Notes: generated by a model from the sequence alone, not told the origin. Positions 48,213 through 57,692 are shown, numbered from the stretch's first letter. The stretch: DNA of 64,000 nucleotides from an uncultured Acidobacteriaceae bacterium (GCA_964245435.1 CAXTMF010000008.1:32772-96771), one strand, 5' to 3'. Translations and numbers: made by a program.

Positions 48213-48803
48213 ATGCGCCGCAATCCCCCGATTGCCGGCGAAGCAGAAGCGATCGCTGCGGCGCAGGGCGGCGACGGACGAGCCTTCGAAACCTTGTATG
48301 GCCTGCACAAACGCAGGGTGTACTCGCTCTGTCTCCGCATGCTGGGCAATGTCGCGGAAGCGGAGGATCTAACGCAGGAAGCATTTCTCCAGCTTTACCG
48401 CAAGATCGGCACATTTCGCGGAGATTCGGCCTTCTCGACCTGGCTCCATCGTCTTGCTGTAAATGTGGTGCTGATGCACCTTCGCAAGAAAGGTCTACCG
48501 CAGGTATCGCTCGAGGAGACACTTGAGCCTTCAAGCGATGATGGCCCTCGCAAGGACATAGGAGCGCGCGACCTGCAACTGTCGGGCTCGATTGACCGTG
48601 TGACGCTGGAGCGAGCGGTAGAAAATCTACCCCCCGGGTATCGACTGGTGTTTGTACTTCACGACGTAGAGGGATATGAGCACAACGAAATAGCAGGCAT
48701 GCTGGATTGTTCGATTGGTAACAGCAAGTCACAGCTCCACAAGGCGCGTATGAAGCTGCGCGACCTCCTGAAGTCTGGCCTGCGAAAGGAAACACAGGAA
48801 TGA
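48213..48803 (+). CDS. ECF RNA polymerase sigma factor
   Basis: Region 2 ([31 protein letters not shown]) and region 4 ([45 protein letters not shown]). I prefer ATG 48213 over the ORF maximum at 48096. Confidence 0.85.
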   Translation: MRRNPPIAGEAEAIAAAQGGDGRAFETLYGLHKRRVYSLCLRMLGNVAEAEDLTQEAFLQLYRKIGTFRGDSAFSTWLHRLAVNVVLMHLRKKGLPQVSLEETLEPSSDDGPRKDIGARDLQLSGSIDRVTLERAVENLPPGYRLVFVLHDVEGYEHNEIAGMLDCSIGNSKSQLHKARMKLRDLLKSGLRKETQE

Positions 48804-49048
48804 AGGAAACACGAATCGCTGCCGAATGTGTGGCGTTCCAGGAGCGCCTTCCTCAGCTCTTTGGGGCAGAGACCGACTTCAGCAGGGAGCCGCATCTGGA
48901 AACCTGCGAAAACTGCGCCGAGCTGGTTCGGGACCTGGAGTACATCGCGCAGCAAGCCAAACTGTTGATGCCGATCCACGATCCTTCGCCCGCCGTCTGG
49001 GAAAATATCAAGACAGCGCTCGGAAGCCCCGAAACCAACAGCAAGTAG
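48800..49048 (+). CDS. Soluble zinc-binding anti-sigma factor (ZAS, zf-HC2)
   Basis: 82 aa with no TM segment and an H-x3-C-x2-C motif (PHLETCENC). The start overlaps the sigma gene stop by 4 nt. Confidence 0.7.
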   Translation: MKETRIAAECVAFQERLPQLFGAETDFSREPHLETCENCAELVRDLEYIAQQAKLLMPIHDPSPAVWENIKTALGSPETNSK

Positions 49049-49057
49049 CAGGCAGTC

Positions 49058-49612
49058 GTGCATCGCAGGCCAGGCCCGGTTGCGCACCGGCGTGTAGTGC
49101 TGATCGGCTTCATGGGCGCGGGCAAGACGACGGTTGGACGCCTGCTCGCCTCTCGCCTCAACTGGCGGTTCCACGATGCTGACGCCCTGCTGGTCGAGCG
49201 GAGCGGCCTGAGCATCGCGCAACTGTTCGCTGCATCGGGTGAGGCTCACTTCCGGCAACTGGAGGCGTCCGCTGTGGCAGAGTTGCTCCACACAGAACAG
49301 ACGGTCATAGCACTCGGTGGCGGCGCCGTGGAAGCATCCGCAACCAGAAGCCTGCTGAGCGAGGATGATGCCACCTTGGTGGTTTACCTCGAGACACCAT
49401 TCCAGGTTTCTCTTGAACGCTGCGCGCGGGATCGTGAAAGCGCGGTCAGACCCGTCCTCGACGACGCTGCCGGTCTGGAACGCAGGTTCCAGGCCCGAGT
49501 GCCGCTGTACCAGATAGCGGAGCTAACTGTGCCTACCGAACGGCAAAGCCCCGTTGCGCTCTCGGAAACGATCGCCATGGCAGTGCGATCTCCGTCGCAA
49601 GAAACTGCTTGA
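49058..49612 (+). CDS. aroK: Shikimate kinase
   Basis: VVLIGFMGAGKTTVGRLLA P-loop followed by DAD, about 180 aa. GTG start. Confidence 0.85.
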   Translation: MHRRPGPVAHRRVVLIGFMGAGKTTVGRLLASRLNWRFHDADALLVERSGLSIAQLFAASGEAHFRQLEASAVAELLHTEQTVIALGGGAVEASATRSLLSEDDATLVVYLETPFQVSLERCARDRESAVRPVLDDAAGLERRFQARVPLYQIAELTVPTERQSPVALSETIAMAVRSPSQETA

Positions 49613-49789
49613 TTGCGCCAACAGAGCCGGTGCGTTGGGGGTCCTGAGAAGCTTTTACCCGCGCAGCCCCTGCTACCATCAGAATGTGCAGATCGCGTTT
49701 AGCGCCTCTTCAAAGAGCCGGGACCCTGCCTATCCAGGCAACTGCTTCCAGCCCCGCTCACTCGACGCTCTAGGTAGGACGGGTCGGTC

Positions 49790-50788
49790 GTGAGCCCATC
49801 CGTCGCGGCAGGCAAACGTGGTCGGGTCCGCGTTTCCGGTCCTGTTTCCGCGCCTGCTCCTGAGGCCCTTCTCGAGCCGCTGCAAGCCGGTGTAACAGCT
49901 TCCCGTATCGCGGACTATGCCGAGCTGTTCAAGTCACGCGTGACTGCCATGGTAGTGCTGACAGCCTGGGCTGGCTTCTACCTGGGCACCCTGCAAACGG
50001 GAGTCAGCAGCATGCAGCCGGGTCTGATCGCCGTCCTGCTGGGGATTGGACTGGTAAGCGCAGGCGCTGCAGCACTGAACGAAGCGATCGAGTCTCGCTC
50101 TGACGCCCGAATGATTCGTACGGCGCGCCGGCCTATGGCGGCGGGCCGCATCGGCCGTGTGCACGGGGTGACACTGGCGCTGGCTGCTGCAACCGCCGGG
50201 ACTCTGCTACTACTCCACGAGGCAAATGCCCTCACCGCGACGCTTACACTCTTCACCGCCGCCACGTACGTGCTGGTCTACACGCCTTTAAAGCGCGTGA
50301 CCACACTCGCCACCTTTATTGGAGCTTTCCCCGGTGCCATGCCACCCCTGCTTGGCTGGGTTGCGGCAAGAGGGCGCATTGAGTGGCCTGCAGTCGCACT
50401 GTTCGCACTGCTCTTTGTCTGGCAGTTTCCGCACTTCATGGCAATCGCCTGGCTCTATCGCGAGGACTATAGCCGGGCTGGCATTCGCATGCTGCCGGTG
50501 GTTCAGCCGGACGGGTCCTCGACGGTGATTGAAGCGGTCACATACGCCATCCTGATGGTGCCGGTGAGTTTACTGCCGGTGGCGCTACACATGGCGGGCT
50601 GGACTTACGGGGTTGCTGCCTTTCTACTTTCTGTGGTGTATCTCGGCTACACGATCCGTTTCGGACGGATCACGCGTGCCCGGTCCAAGTCAGAGAGCAA
50701 GATGTACGCTCGCGATTTGCTCAAGATCAGCGTCATCTACCTGCCGGTCCTGCTGGTCCTTCTTATGTTGAGCGCGCATCGGCACTAG
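49790..50788 (+). CDS. ctaB: Protoheme IX farnesyltransferase (heme O synthase)
   Basis: UbiA-superfamily membrane protein with the CtaB/CyoE-type block NEAIESRSDARMIRTARRPMAAGRI and about 9 TM. Confidence 0.9.
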   Translation: MSPSVAAGKRGRVRVSGPVSAPAPEALLEPLQAGVTASRIADYAELFKSRVTAMVVLTAWAGFYLGTLQTGVSSMQPGLIAVLLGIGLVSAGAAALNEAIESRSDARMIRTARRPMAAGRIGRVHGVTLALAAATAGTLLLLHEANALTATLTLFTAATYVLVYTPLKRVTTLATFIGAFPGAMPPLLGWVAARGRIEWPAVALFALLFVWQFPHFMAIAWLYREDYSRAGIRMLPVVQPDGSSTVIEAVTYAILMVPVSLLPVALHMAGWTYGVAAFLLSVVYLGYTIRFGRITRARSKSESKMYARDLLKISVIYLPVLLVLLMLSAHRH

Positions 50789-50809
50789 AGTCCAAGGCGA
50801 AGGAGGACA

Positions 50810-51865
50810 ATGATGGCAACGCTTACAACCAGGCCAGACGCTCCGGCCCACGTGCACTCCCCCAACGCGCCGATCGAATTGCTGGGGCTGACGCATGATT
50901 ATGGCGCACGACGCGCCCTGGATGGCCTGAGCTTCACGGTGGAGTCGAAGCAGATCTTCGGCCTGCTGGGGCCAAACGGCAGCGGGAAGACGACGCTCTT
51001 TCGCATTCTCTCGACCCTGATGGTGCCATCCGGCGGTCACGCGCGGCTGGCTGGCTTTGATGTCGCAACCCAGGCGCGTGAGGTACGGTCCAGGATCGGC
51101 ATTGTCTTCCAAGCGAGGTCGGTTGATCTCAAGCTGACCGTGGAGGAGAACCTGGTGCACCAGGGGCATCTCTACGGGATGAGCGGCAGTTCTCTGCGGC
51201 GGCGGATCGATGAGGTGCTGGAGCGGGTACTGCTTCGTGACCGCGCAAAGGATTTTGTTGAGACTCTCTCGGGCGGCATGCAGCGTCGGGTCGAACTGGC
51301 GAAAGGCCTGATTCACTCGCCGTCGATCCTGCTGCTTGATGAACCTTCGACCGGGCTCGACCCGGGAGCACGGCTCGACCTGTGGCAGTACCTGCGCACG
51401 CTTCGCGATGAAGACGGGGTTGCAGTGTTGGTCACAACCCACCTGATGGAAGAGGCAGAGCATTGCGACCGGCTCGCCATCCTTAACGCAGGCAAACTGG
51501 TAGCCCTGGGCCGGCCGGCCGAGCTCAAGGAAGCGATCGGTGGCGATGTGGTGACGCTGGAAACACGAACGAGCCAAGAGGCGCGTTTGCTCGCTGAGCA
51601 CATCAGCGCCCGCTTCGGCGGTGAGTCCTCTGTTTTGGGTGCAAGTGTCCGGGTCGAGCATGAACAGGGACATCGCTTTGTGACCTCGGTCGTTGAGGCC
51701 TTCCCAGGGGCGATCGAGGGTATTCGCGTGCAGAAGCCTTCGCTTGAGGACGTCTTCATCCAGCGGACCGGGCATCGTTTCTGGCGGGAAGATGGCGCGG
51801 AAGCCGCACCGGACATAGAAACGCTCGAGGCACAGCGGCGCCAGGGATACAACGAGCTCTTTTAG
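50810..51865 (+). CDS. ABC transporter ATP-binding protein (ABC-2/DrrA-like subfamily)
   Basis: Walker A GPNGSGKTT, signature LSGGMQRRV, Walker B LLLDEPSTGLD, plus a C-terminal extension of about 110 aa. Confidence 0.9.
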   Translation: MMATLTTRPDAPAHVHSPNAPIELLGLTHDYGARRALDGLSFTVESKQIFGLLGPNGSGKTTLFRILSTLMVPSGGHARLAGFDVATQAREVRSRIGIVFQARSVDLKLTVEENLVHQGHLYGMSGSSLRRRIDEVLERVLLRDRAKDFVETLSGGMQRRVELAKGLIHSPSILLLDEPSTGLDPGARLDLWQYLRTLRDEDGVAVLVTTHLMEEAEHCDRLAILNAGKLVALGRPAELKEAIGGDVVTLETRTSQEARLLAEHISARFGGESSVLGASVRVEHEQGHRFVTSVVEAFPGAIEGIRVQKPSLEDVFIQRTGHRFWREDGAEAAPDIETLEAQRRQGYNELF

Positions 51866-51896
51866 GAAGCAAAGTTTCGGCTAAAGGCCGGAAAGG

Positions 51897-52748
51897 ATGC
51901 AGATGGCAACGACGGTTACAGAACTCGGTACCACAGCGGCGCAGAGGCTGATCACCCCGGCACGGCCTTCAACGGCCGTTGCAGCCTACTCACTCTGGCG
52001 GCGCGAGATCGTCCGCTTCTATCGCCAAAAGGCGCGTGTCGTCGGCGTTATCGCCTCGCCGCTGCTCTTCTGGCTGGTACTTGGCTCGGGTTTTGCGAAC
52101 TCGTTTCACGCAGCCGGCTCAGGAAGCGCCGGCAGCCATTATCTCGGGTACTTCTTTCCCGGTTCAATCGCGATGATCGTTCTGTTTACCTCGATCTTCT
52201 CGATGATGTCGCTGATCCAGGACCGCAACGAAGGTTTCCTGCTTTCCGTATTGGCCGCGCCGGTGTCGCGCTCGGCTATCGTTCTCGGCAAGGTGCTGGG
52301 TGGGGCCACGCTGGCCGCCGTGCAGGGCATAGTTTTTCTTGTCTTCGCGCCACTGGTCGGCGTCCATGTCAGCATTGGCGCCGTGTTGCTCGGCATGCTC
52401 GTCATCGCCATGCTTTCCTTCGAGCTCACCGCGCTTGGCTTCACCATCGCGTGGCCGATGGACTCGCCACAGGCCTTTCACGCCATCGTCAACCTGCTGC
52501 TGCTGCCGCTCTGGATGCTCTCCGGATCCCTTTTTCCGGCAAGCGGCGCTTCACCCTGGATGCACGCGATCATGCGCGCTAACCCGCTCACGTACGGCGT
52601 AGATGCGTTGAGAAACCTGCTCTTCCCTGCCCAGCCGACAGATGCCTCTCTGCCAGTCAACCTCCTGGTCACAGCCGGCTTTTGCTTGTTGTGTTTCGCG
52701 GCTTCCTGGTTTGTCGTCAACCGCCGTACAACCAGGCCGGTGGTCTAG
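51897..52748 (+). CDS. ABC-2 type transporter permease
   Basis: 283 aa, 6 TM, immediately downstream of the ATPase gene. Confidence 0.85.
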   Translation: MQMATTVTELGTTAAQRLITPARPSTAVAAYSLWRREIVRFYRQKARVVGVIASPLLFWLVLGSGFANSFHAAGSGSAGSHYLGYFFPGSIAMIVLFTSIFSMMSLIQDRNEGFLLSVLAAPVSRSAIVLGKVLGGATLAAVQGIVFLVFAPLVGVHVSIGAVLLGMLVIAMLSFELTALGFTIAWPMDSPQAFHAIVNLLLLPLWMLSGSLFPASGASPWMHAIMRANPLTYGVDALRNLLFPAQPTDASLPVNLLVTAGFCLLCFAASWFVVNRRTTRPVV

Positions 52749-52751
52749 AGG

Positions 52752-53339
52752 GTGGCAATGAACGAGACTGCCCTCCACGAACCAGGACTCCCGGCCATCA
52801 ATAATCGCCCAGCGACGATGGGAGTGGTCGGCATCCTGCTGCTCAGCGGCGCGGCGACGGCGTTTCTGCTCTGGTTGCTGTACGTTCACCATGCGCCCGA
52901 CTCGTTCCGCAACCGGCTGCATTTTCTGCCTGAGCTCAACGCAATCCTAAACGCGCTGAGCGCAGTGGCACTCACAGCGGGTTTTGTTTTTATCCGGCGT
53001 CGCGAGATCGCCCGTCATCGCGCCTCCATGCTGACGGCATTCGCTTTCTCGTCTGTGTTCCTGGTCTCATACATCACCAACCACGCCCTGCATGGCGACA
53101 CACTTTATCCGGTTCACAACAGTTTGCGCACGCTCTACCTGACCCTACTGGCGAGCCACGTGCTGCTTTCGATCCTTGCCTTGCCGATTGTGCTCATCAC
53201 ATTCTTCCTGTCGCTTTCCGGCCGGTTCCGGCAGCACAAGAAGCTCGCACGGTGGACGTTTCCGCTGTGGCTCTATGTTTCCGTCACCGGCGCGATCGTC
53301 TACCTCATGCTGCACGCAGCCGTGGGACCGGCCTACTAA
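52752..53339 (+). CDS. DUF420-family membrane protein (CtaM-like)
   Basis: 195 aa, 4 TM. The blocks HRASMLTAFAFSSVFLVSYI and HKKLARWTFPLWLYVSVTGAIVYLML fit DUF420, a family usually linked to heme-copper oxidase genes. Confidence 0.75.
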   Translation: MAMNETALHEPGLPAINNRPATMGVVGILLLSGAATAFLLWLLYVHHAPDSFRNRLHFLPELNAILNALSAVALTAGFVFIRRREIARHRASMLTAFAFSSVFLVSYITNHALHGDTLYPVHNSLRTLYLTLLASHVLLSILALPIVLITFFLSLSGRFRQHKKLARWTFPLWLYVSVTGAIVYLMLHAAVGPAY

Positions 53340-53343
53340 ACTC

Positions 53344-53709
53344 ATGGCACTCACTACCATTTCGTTTCGGGCGCCAAGGGCTGGGCGCGTTATCGAGATC
53401 ACCTCGCGTGCCGACAAGGCCACGGCTCAGCACCTTCAGCTCAATGCCGAAGACGGCACGCTCGAGCTGCTGCGGACAGGTTTCCTAGTCGCCGGTGTCG
53501 CCGCGCTTGCGGCTTTGGCCACGCTGTTTTTCTTCGGCGGCGTCGGGCCAGAAGGGCCGCGCTCGATCCCGGGCTGGCTGGCACTGATCGTTGCGCTCAT
53601 GTCGATGCCCTTCGGCTTGCTGCTCCTGCTGCTAGGCGGGGCGAAATGGCTGCGCAACCACTGGCTTAGCCGCATGTCACTCACCGAGCACACGCAGCCC
53701 GGCAGGTAA
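53344..53709 (+). CDS. Hypothetical two-TM membrane protein
   Basis: 121 aa from ATG 53344, 5 nt after the DUF420 stop. Two clear hydrophobic helices. No known motif. Confidence 0.5.
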   Translation: MALTTISFRAPRAGRVIEITSRADKATAQHLQLNAEDGTLELLRTGFLVAGVAALAALATLFFFGGVGPEGPRSIPGWLALIVALMSMPFGLLLLLLGGAKWLRNHWLSRMSLTEHTQPGR

Positions 53710-53785
53710 TTACCGGCCGAACCTGTACCCTGCTTCGGCTGCACGCAGGCTGCTATCCTTTCTCAGCGAAACACACGAGAAAGGC

Positions 53786-54274
53786 TTGGCGATGGCAAAA
53801 ACAATCAACAAAGTGACCCTGCTCGGAAACATCGGCAAGGACCCGGAGATCAAGTTCCTTCCCAGCGGGCAGGCGGTCGCGAACTTCGGCATCGCAACAA
53901 CGGACCGCATCAAGGACAAAGCTTCCAATGACTGGCAGGAACGCACGGAGTGGCACAACATCACCGCATACGGGCGGACCGCCGAGATCGTGCGCGACTA
54001 CGTCAAAAAGGGCAACAAGCTTTACATTGAAGGCCGCCTGACGACTCGCTCCTGGGACGATAAGGAGACTGGCAAAAAGGTGTACCGGACCGAGATTGTG
54101 GTGAATGACCTCGTGCTGCTTTCCGGCCGTGGCGAAGGTGCCAGCGAATCGGGCTCCGCCACCAGCTATGGAAGGAGCCAGGCGAGCAGCACTGCTTCGT
54201 TCGATCAGCGGTCGAGCGCCCCGCAGGACGATTACGCGCACGCTGAGATCACAGACGACGACATCCCCTTTTAA
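53786..54274 (+). CDS. ssb: Single-stranded DNA-binding protein
   Basis: OB fold (NKVTLLGNIGKDPEIKFLPSGQAVANFGIATT...WHNITAYGRTAEI), a Gly/Ser-rich tail, and the acidic tip DDDIPF. Confidence 0.95.
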   Translation: MAMAKTINKVTLLGNIGKDPEIKFLPSGQAVANFGIATTDRIKDKASNDWQERTEWHNITAYGRTAEIVRDYVKKGNKLYIEGRLTTRSWDDKETGKKVYRTEIVVNDLVLLSGRGEGASESGSATSYGRSQASSTASFDQRSSAPQDDYAHAEITDDDIPF

Positions 54275-54283
54275 TCCGGCCAG

Positions 54284-54336
54284 CTCGGCGGCCACCCGAG
54301 GCATAGAAGACCCGCCCCGAAGTGGCCGTCGCCGAG
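54284..54336. terminator. Hairpin between the convergent ssb and htrA genes
   Basis: CTCGGCGGCCAC (54284-54295) pairs with GTGGCCG(tcg)CCGAG (54322-54336). That is 12 bp with a 3-nt bulge and a 26-nt loop. Confidence 0.3.
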
Positions 54337-54344
54337 CAGGCGGT

Positions 54345-55904
54345 TTAGCCGTTCTGGATCGGCGCCCGTAGGGTCCGGTAGCTCGCGTTTCCTCTCGACC
54401 AGACGAGCAGCAGCACGTCACTGTTCGCGGTGCTGTGAATCTCATTGGCAAACTGGCTCGCCGATGAGGTGGGGTGCCGGTCAACTTCCAGAATGATGTC
54501 GCCTCTGGTAAGCCCGGCGTCTTCAGCCGGACTGGCAGGACGCACCCGCTCGACGACCACACCATGTACCTGATCCGGCACCTCCAACTGCTGCCGTGCC
54601 TCGGCGTTCAGGTCGGTGACGGCGAGCCCGAGTTTGCCACTTTGCGGCTGATCCGGACCTCCATTTGCCGCAACCTGTGATCCTTGTCCGAACTCGCCCA
54701 GCGTTGCGGTCACGGAGATAGGATTGCCGTCGCGTATTACCCCGAGAGCAATCTTGGTCCCGGGTGTCAGCTCGCTCACCGCGACCTGCAGTGCACTGCC
54801 GTTCGCGACCTGCGCGCCATTCACCTTGCGGATCACGTCCCCTGCATGCAGACCGGCGCGGGACGCCGGCGAGTCGGGCGTGATCTGCGCGACGATAGCA
54901 CCCGCAGCATCTTCAAGATGGAAGAAGTGCGCGTTATCCGGAGTCACATCGTTCAGGCTGATGCCGAGATAGCCGTGATCGACCTTGCCATGCTCGATCA
55001 ACTGCTTCGCCGTGGCTTGCGCCAGCTGCGCGGGGATAGCAAAGCCCGCGCCCTGGAAAGAACCCGTGTTGGTATAGATCATATTGTTGATTCCAACAAG
55101 ATCGCCGTGCGCATCGACCAGCGCGCCGCCGGAGTTGCCGGGGTTGATAGCGGCATCGGTCTGGATAAAGCCGCCCGGCCGCCGGGCATCACTTGCGAAT
55201 GGGTCCTGGCGATCGACCGCGCTGACGATGCCGCGCGTGACCGAGTTCTGGAAGTTGAACGGACTGCCAAACGCCAGCACGGTCTGGCCTGGCTCAAGCT
55301 TGGTTGAGTCGCCCCAGTTGATCGTCGGCAGATCGCGCGCATCCACCTTCAACACGGCCAGGTCGGTGAGTTTGTCGGTGCCAATGACCCGTGCATTCAG
55401 GATGCGGCGGTCATGCAGGGTCACTCGCAGGTTCACTGCCCCGTTGACCACGTGCGCGTTCGTGAGTATATAGCCGTCGGGTGACAGTATGACGCCACTG
55501 CCCACTACGTGCTCCAGTTCCTGCTGGCCACCCGGCTGGCTCTGCGGACCCATGGGGCCAAGCTGACCGAAGAACTGCCGCAGGGCAGGCGGCAGCTGAT
55601 CCTGCTGATCGCTCTGACTGTCCTGCTGTCCTTCTTGCTCGCCGGTGGCCTTTGCTGTCACGGCAATGTTCACAACCGCCGGCTCCACGCGTGCAGCTAC
55701 TGACTCCATCGCCTGGTCTAGCGCAGTGAGCGCTGCCACGCTGTGGTCGTCGAGCGCCGGCTGCGAAGTAGAGGGGGTGCTGGCAGCATGGATTGTACTG
55801 TGGCCTGCTGCGAAAAAGCCGCCCAGGCCGAACAAGACCGCTGCGGTAAGAGGCAGAACAAGTCCACCCCGTTTCTTAACTAATGGATTAGTTGCTTGTG
55901 ACAT
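54345..55904 (-). CDS. htrA: Do/DegP/HtrA-family periplasmic serine protease with two PDZ domains
   Basis: Signal anchor, trypsin-like domain (TNAHVV, GNSGGAL), and two PDZ-sized C-terminal domains. 519 aa. Confidence 0.9.
   Translation of the reverse strand: MSQATNPLVKKRGGLVLPLTAAVLFGLGGFFAAGHSTIHAASTPSTSQPALDDHSVAALTALDQAMESVAARVEPAVVNIAVTAKATGEQEGQQDSQSDQQDQLPPALRQFFGQLGPMGPQSQPGGQQELEHVVGSGVILSPDGYILTNAHVVNGAVNLRVTLHDRRILNARVIGTDKLTDLAVLKVDARDLPTINWGDSTKLEPGQTVLAFGSPFNFQNSVTRGIVSAVDRQDPFASDARRPGGFIQTDAAINPGNSGGALVDAHGDLVGINNMIYTNTGSFQGAGFAIPAQLAQATAKQLIEHGKVDHGYLGISLNDVTPDNAHFFHLEDAAGAIVAQITPDSPASRAGLHAGDVIRKVNGAQVANGSALQVAVSELTPGTKIALGVIRDGNPISVTATLGEFGQGSQVAANGGPDQPQSGKLGLAVTDLNAEARQQLEVPDQVHGVVVERVRPASPAEDAGLTRGDIILEVDRHPTSSASQFANEIHSTANSDVLLLVWSRGNASYRTLRAPIQNG
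55878..55893. promoter_or_regulatory. Perfect AT-rich palindrome AACTAATGGATTAGTT inside codons 4-9 of htrA (candidate repressor operator)
   Basis: 7-bp arms with a 2-nt spacer. It is encoded with AT-rich codons (ACT AAT CCA TTA GTT) that look atypical for this GC-rich window. The same 7-mer recurs upstream of blaI. Confidence 0.3.
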
Positions 55905-55935
55905 GGGACAATCTTTCTTCCCCGCGTAGGGGCGG

Positions 55936-57306
55936 CTAGAGTTGCAGGAGGATCCAGCCGTCCGGTGTAGGCACGGCTGCGTAAGAAGAGCGGTTCCCCT
56001 GAATCAGGATCGGGACCGCGGCAGACTGCCAGCCTGTAAGAACCCAGGCTGGTGGAGGTTGGTGGAGCTGATGCTGGGTCGCGTCGACGGACTGCAGTAC
56101 GGGAAAGGCCAAAGTGGGTCGCCGCGCCGCTGACGTCCGGCGTGCAGGCACGTGAAACGAAGCATGTATGAGACGCGCAGCCGGAACCTGGTCACGCTTG
56201 ATCTCGGCGCGCGCGAGCAGGAAGTGCTCCGTGTTGCCGCTGAGCGACCTCCGAGGTGAGGACGTTTCCGGGCGGCGCGAAGGAGCCAGGCTTGAGGCCA
56301 GCGGATGGGAGATCGCCGGCTGCTCCGCCGGTGCGAAGGAGACCAAAATGGGACTTCGCGCGAGCAGAACCGCTGCGCTCGAGATAGAAAGAAAGAGCGA
56401 ACCTGCGATCAGCCGCAGCTGTACCGGCCCAAGCCGGCTTGCCCTGCCGTTCAGGATCCGGTGCACACGCGAGACCAGCTCCGGGCGGCGCTCCCATGCG
56501 CCAAGTGCGAGCGAGGCGCCACGGCGTACGAGGGAGTGCTCAGCGAGCCTGGTAAGACAGCTGGCATACGCCTTGCGCGAATGCGTCAGCCGCAGTACCC
56601 GTTCATCGCAGGCGATCTCCCGCTCGAGCGAAAGATGGCGTTCAATCCACAGCAGCACAGGGTCCAATGGAAATAGAACCAGCGCCAGCTTCTGGAGCAG
56701 GTTGCGCCAGTCATCAGCACGGCGCAGGTGCTCCAGCTCATGAAGCAGTACCTGCTCCAGTTCAGCGGGGTCCAGACTCGCGAGCAGGTCGGCCGGCAGC
56801 AGGATGCGCGGCGAGAAGAAGCCGATGACACTCGGCCGGTCGACATCCGGAGAGGTGCAAAGCGCGGCTGGTCGGGGACCACTTCGGAGTAGAGCAGCGA
56901 AGCCGCCGCCATCTTCGACCGGCATCGCTCGGCTGGTCAGGCGCCTGAGTGCGACAACGCTGCTGACAAGCCTGGAGGCGCGCACCAGCGACAGCAACAG
57001 CCACACGCAGGCGAGGGCGAAGCTCCAACGCAGGCCGATGTGTATGGCTCCAAGGTGCCCGGCTTGCGACGCGGCCACAGCATGGATGGCAGACTGAGCC
57101 GTCGGCCGCGGCAGAGCCGGCAAAAGCACGATCAGGAGAAAAACCGCCGTCCAGACCGCCGAGCGGAGGCTCGCTGTGAGACCGGGAATCGCCCGAAAGC
57201 AGAGACTGACGCCAACCGACAACAGCAAGCCTTGCCAGATGGAGGCCAGCAGAGAGCCTGACGCTGCCGCACAAAAAAGGATCGGAGAATGCAGGAGAGA
57301 GCTCAT
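55936..57306 (-). CDS. M56-family (BlaR1-like) membrane metalloprotease / signal transducer
   Basis: N-terminal TM helices and the HELEHLRRADDW (HExxH) protease motif. The C-terminal ~170 aa is of no type I recognise and is not PBP-like. The stop overlaps the blaI-like gene by 4 nt. Confidence 0.85.
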   Translation of the reverse strand: MSSLLHSPILFCAAASGSLLASIWQGLLLSVGVSLCFRAIPGLTASLRSAVWTAVFLLIVLLPALPRPTAQSAIHAVAASQAGHLGAIHIGLRWSFALACVWLLLSLVRASRLVSSVVALRRLTSRAMPVEDGGGFAALLRSGPRPAALCTSPDVDRPSVIGFFSPRILLPADLLASLDPAELEQVLLHELEHLRRADDWRNLLQKLALVLFPLDPVLLWIERHLSLEREIACDERVLRLTHSRKAYASCLTRLAEHSLVRRGASLALGAWERRPELVSRVHRILNGRASRLGPVQLRLIAGSLFLSISSAAVLLARSPILVSFAPAEQPAISHPLASSLAPSRRPETSSPRRSLSGNTEHFLLARAEIKRDQVPAARLIHASFHVPARRTSAARRPTLAFPVLQSVDATQHQLHQPPPAWVLTGWQSAAVPILIQGNRSSYAAVPTPDGWILLQL

Positions 57307-57692
57307 GCTTCCTCCTCCGGCGCATTCGCAATCGCTTCCTTCAGCCTTCTGAGCTCTGCGGCGCTCACTTCTCCGTCGTTAAGCAGGGAGAGCAAGAGCT
57401 GTTCACGCGAGTTGCCGAAGAAGCGTTGTAAAACATGACGAACCTCCGTCCGTCCCGCTTCCTGCTCGGCGATACACGGGCTGTAGAGGAAAGCGCGTCC
57501 CTCCTGTCGGTGGCGTACATAGCCCTTCCTCTCAAGGATGCGCACAGTCGTCAACACGGACGTGTAGGCGAGCGGCATCGTGCCGGAGACCGCGGCGACT
57601 ATGTCAGCAACAGCCGACTCGCCGCGCCTCCAAAGCACTTTCATCAGCCTTAGCTCGGCTTCGGTGAGCGTGATCGAGCTCTTCGGTGGCAT
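57303..57692 (-). CDS. BlaI/MecI/CopY-family winged-helix transcriptional repressor
   Basis: 129 aa from ATG 57692: LTEAELRLMKVLWRRGESAVADIVAAV...YTSVLTTVRILERKGYVRH. The 211-aa ORF start adds a non-protein-like extension. Confidence 0.9.
   Translation of the reverse strand: MPPKSSITLTEAELRLMKVLWRRGESAVADIVAAVSGTMPLAYTSVLTTVRILERKGYVRHRQEGRAFLYSPCIAEQEAGRTEVRHVLQRFFGNSREQLLLSLLNDGEVSAAELRRLKEAIANAPEEEA

Noticed and set aside
50690-51775. 361-aa ORF on the minus strand
   Set aside because: It is antisense to the ABC ATPase gene (Walker A/B and signature motif on the plus strand) and has no motifs of its own.
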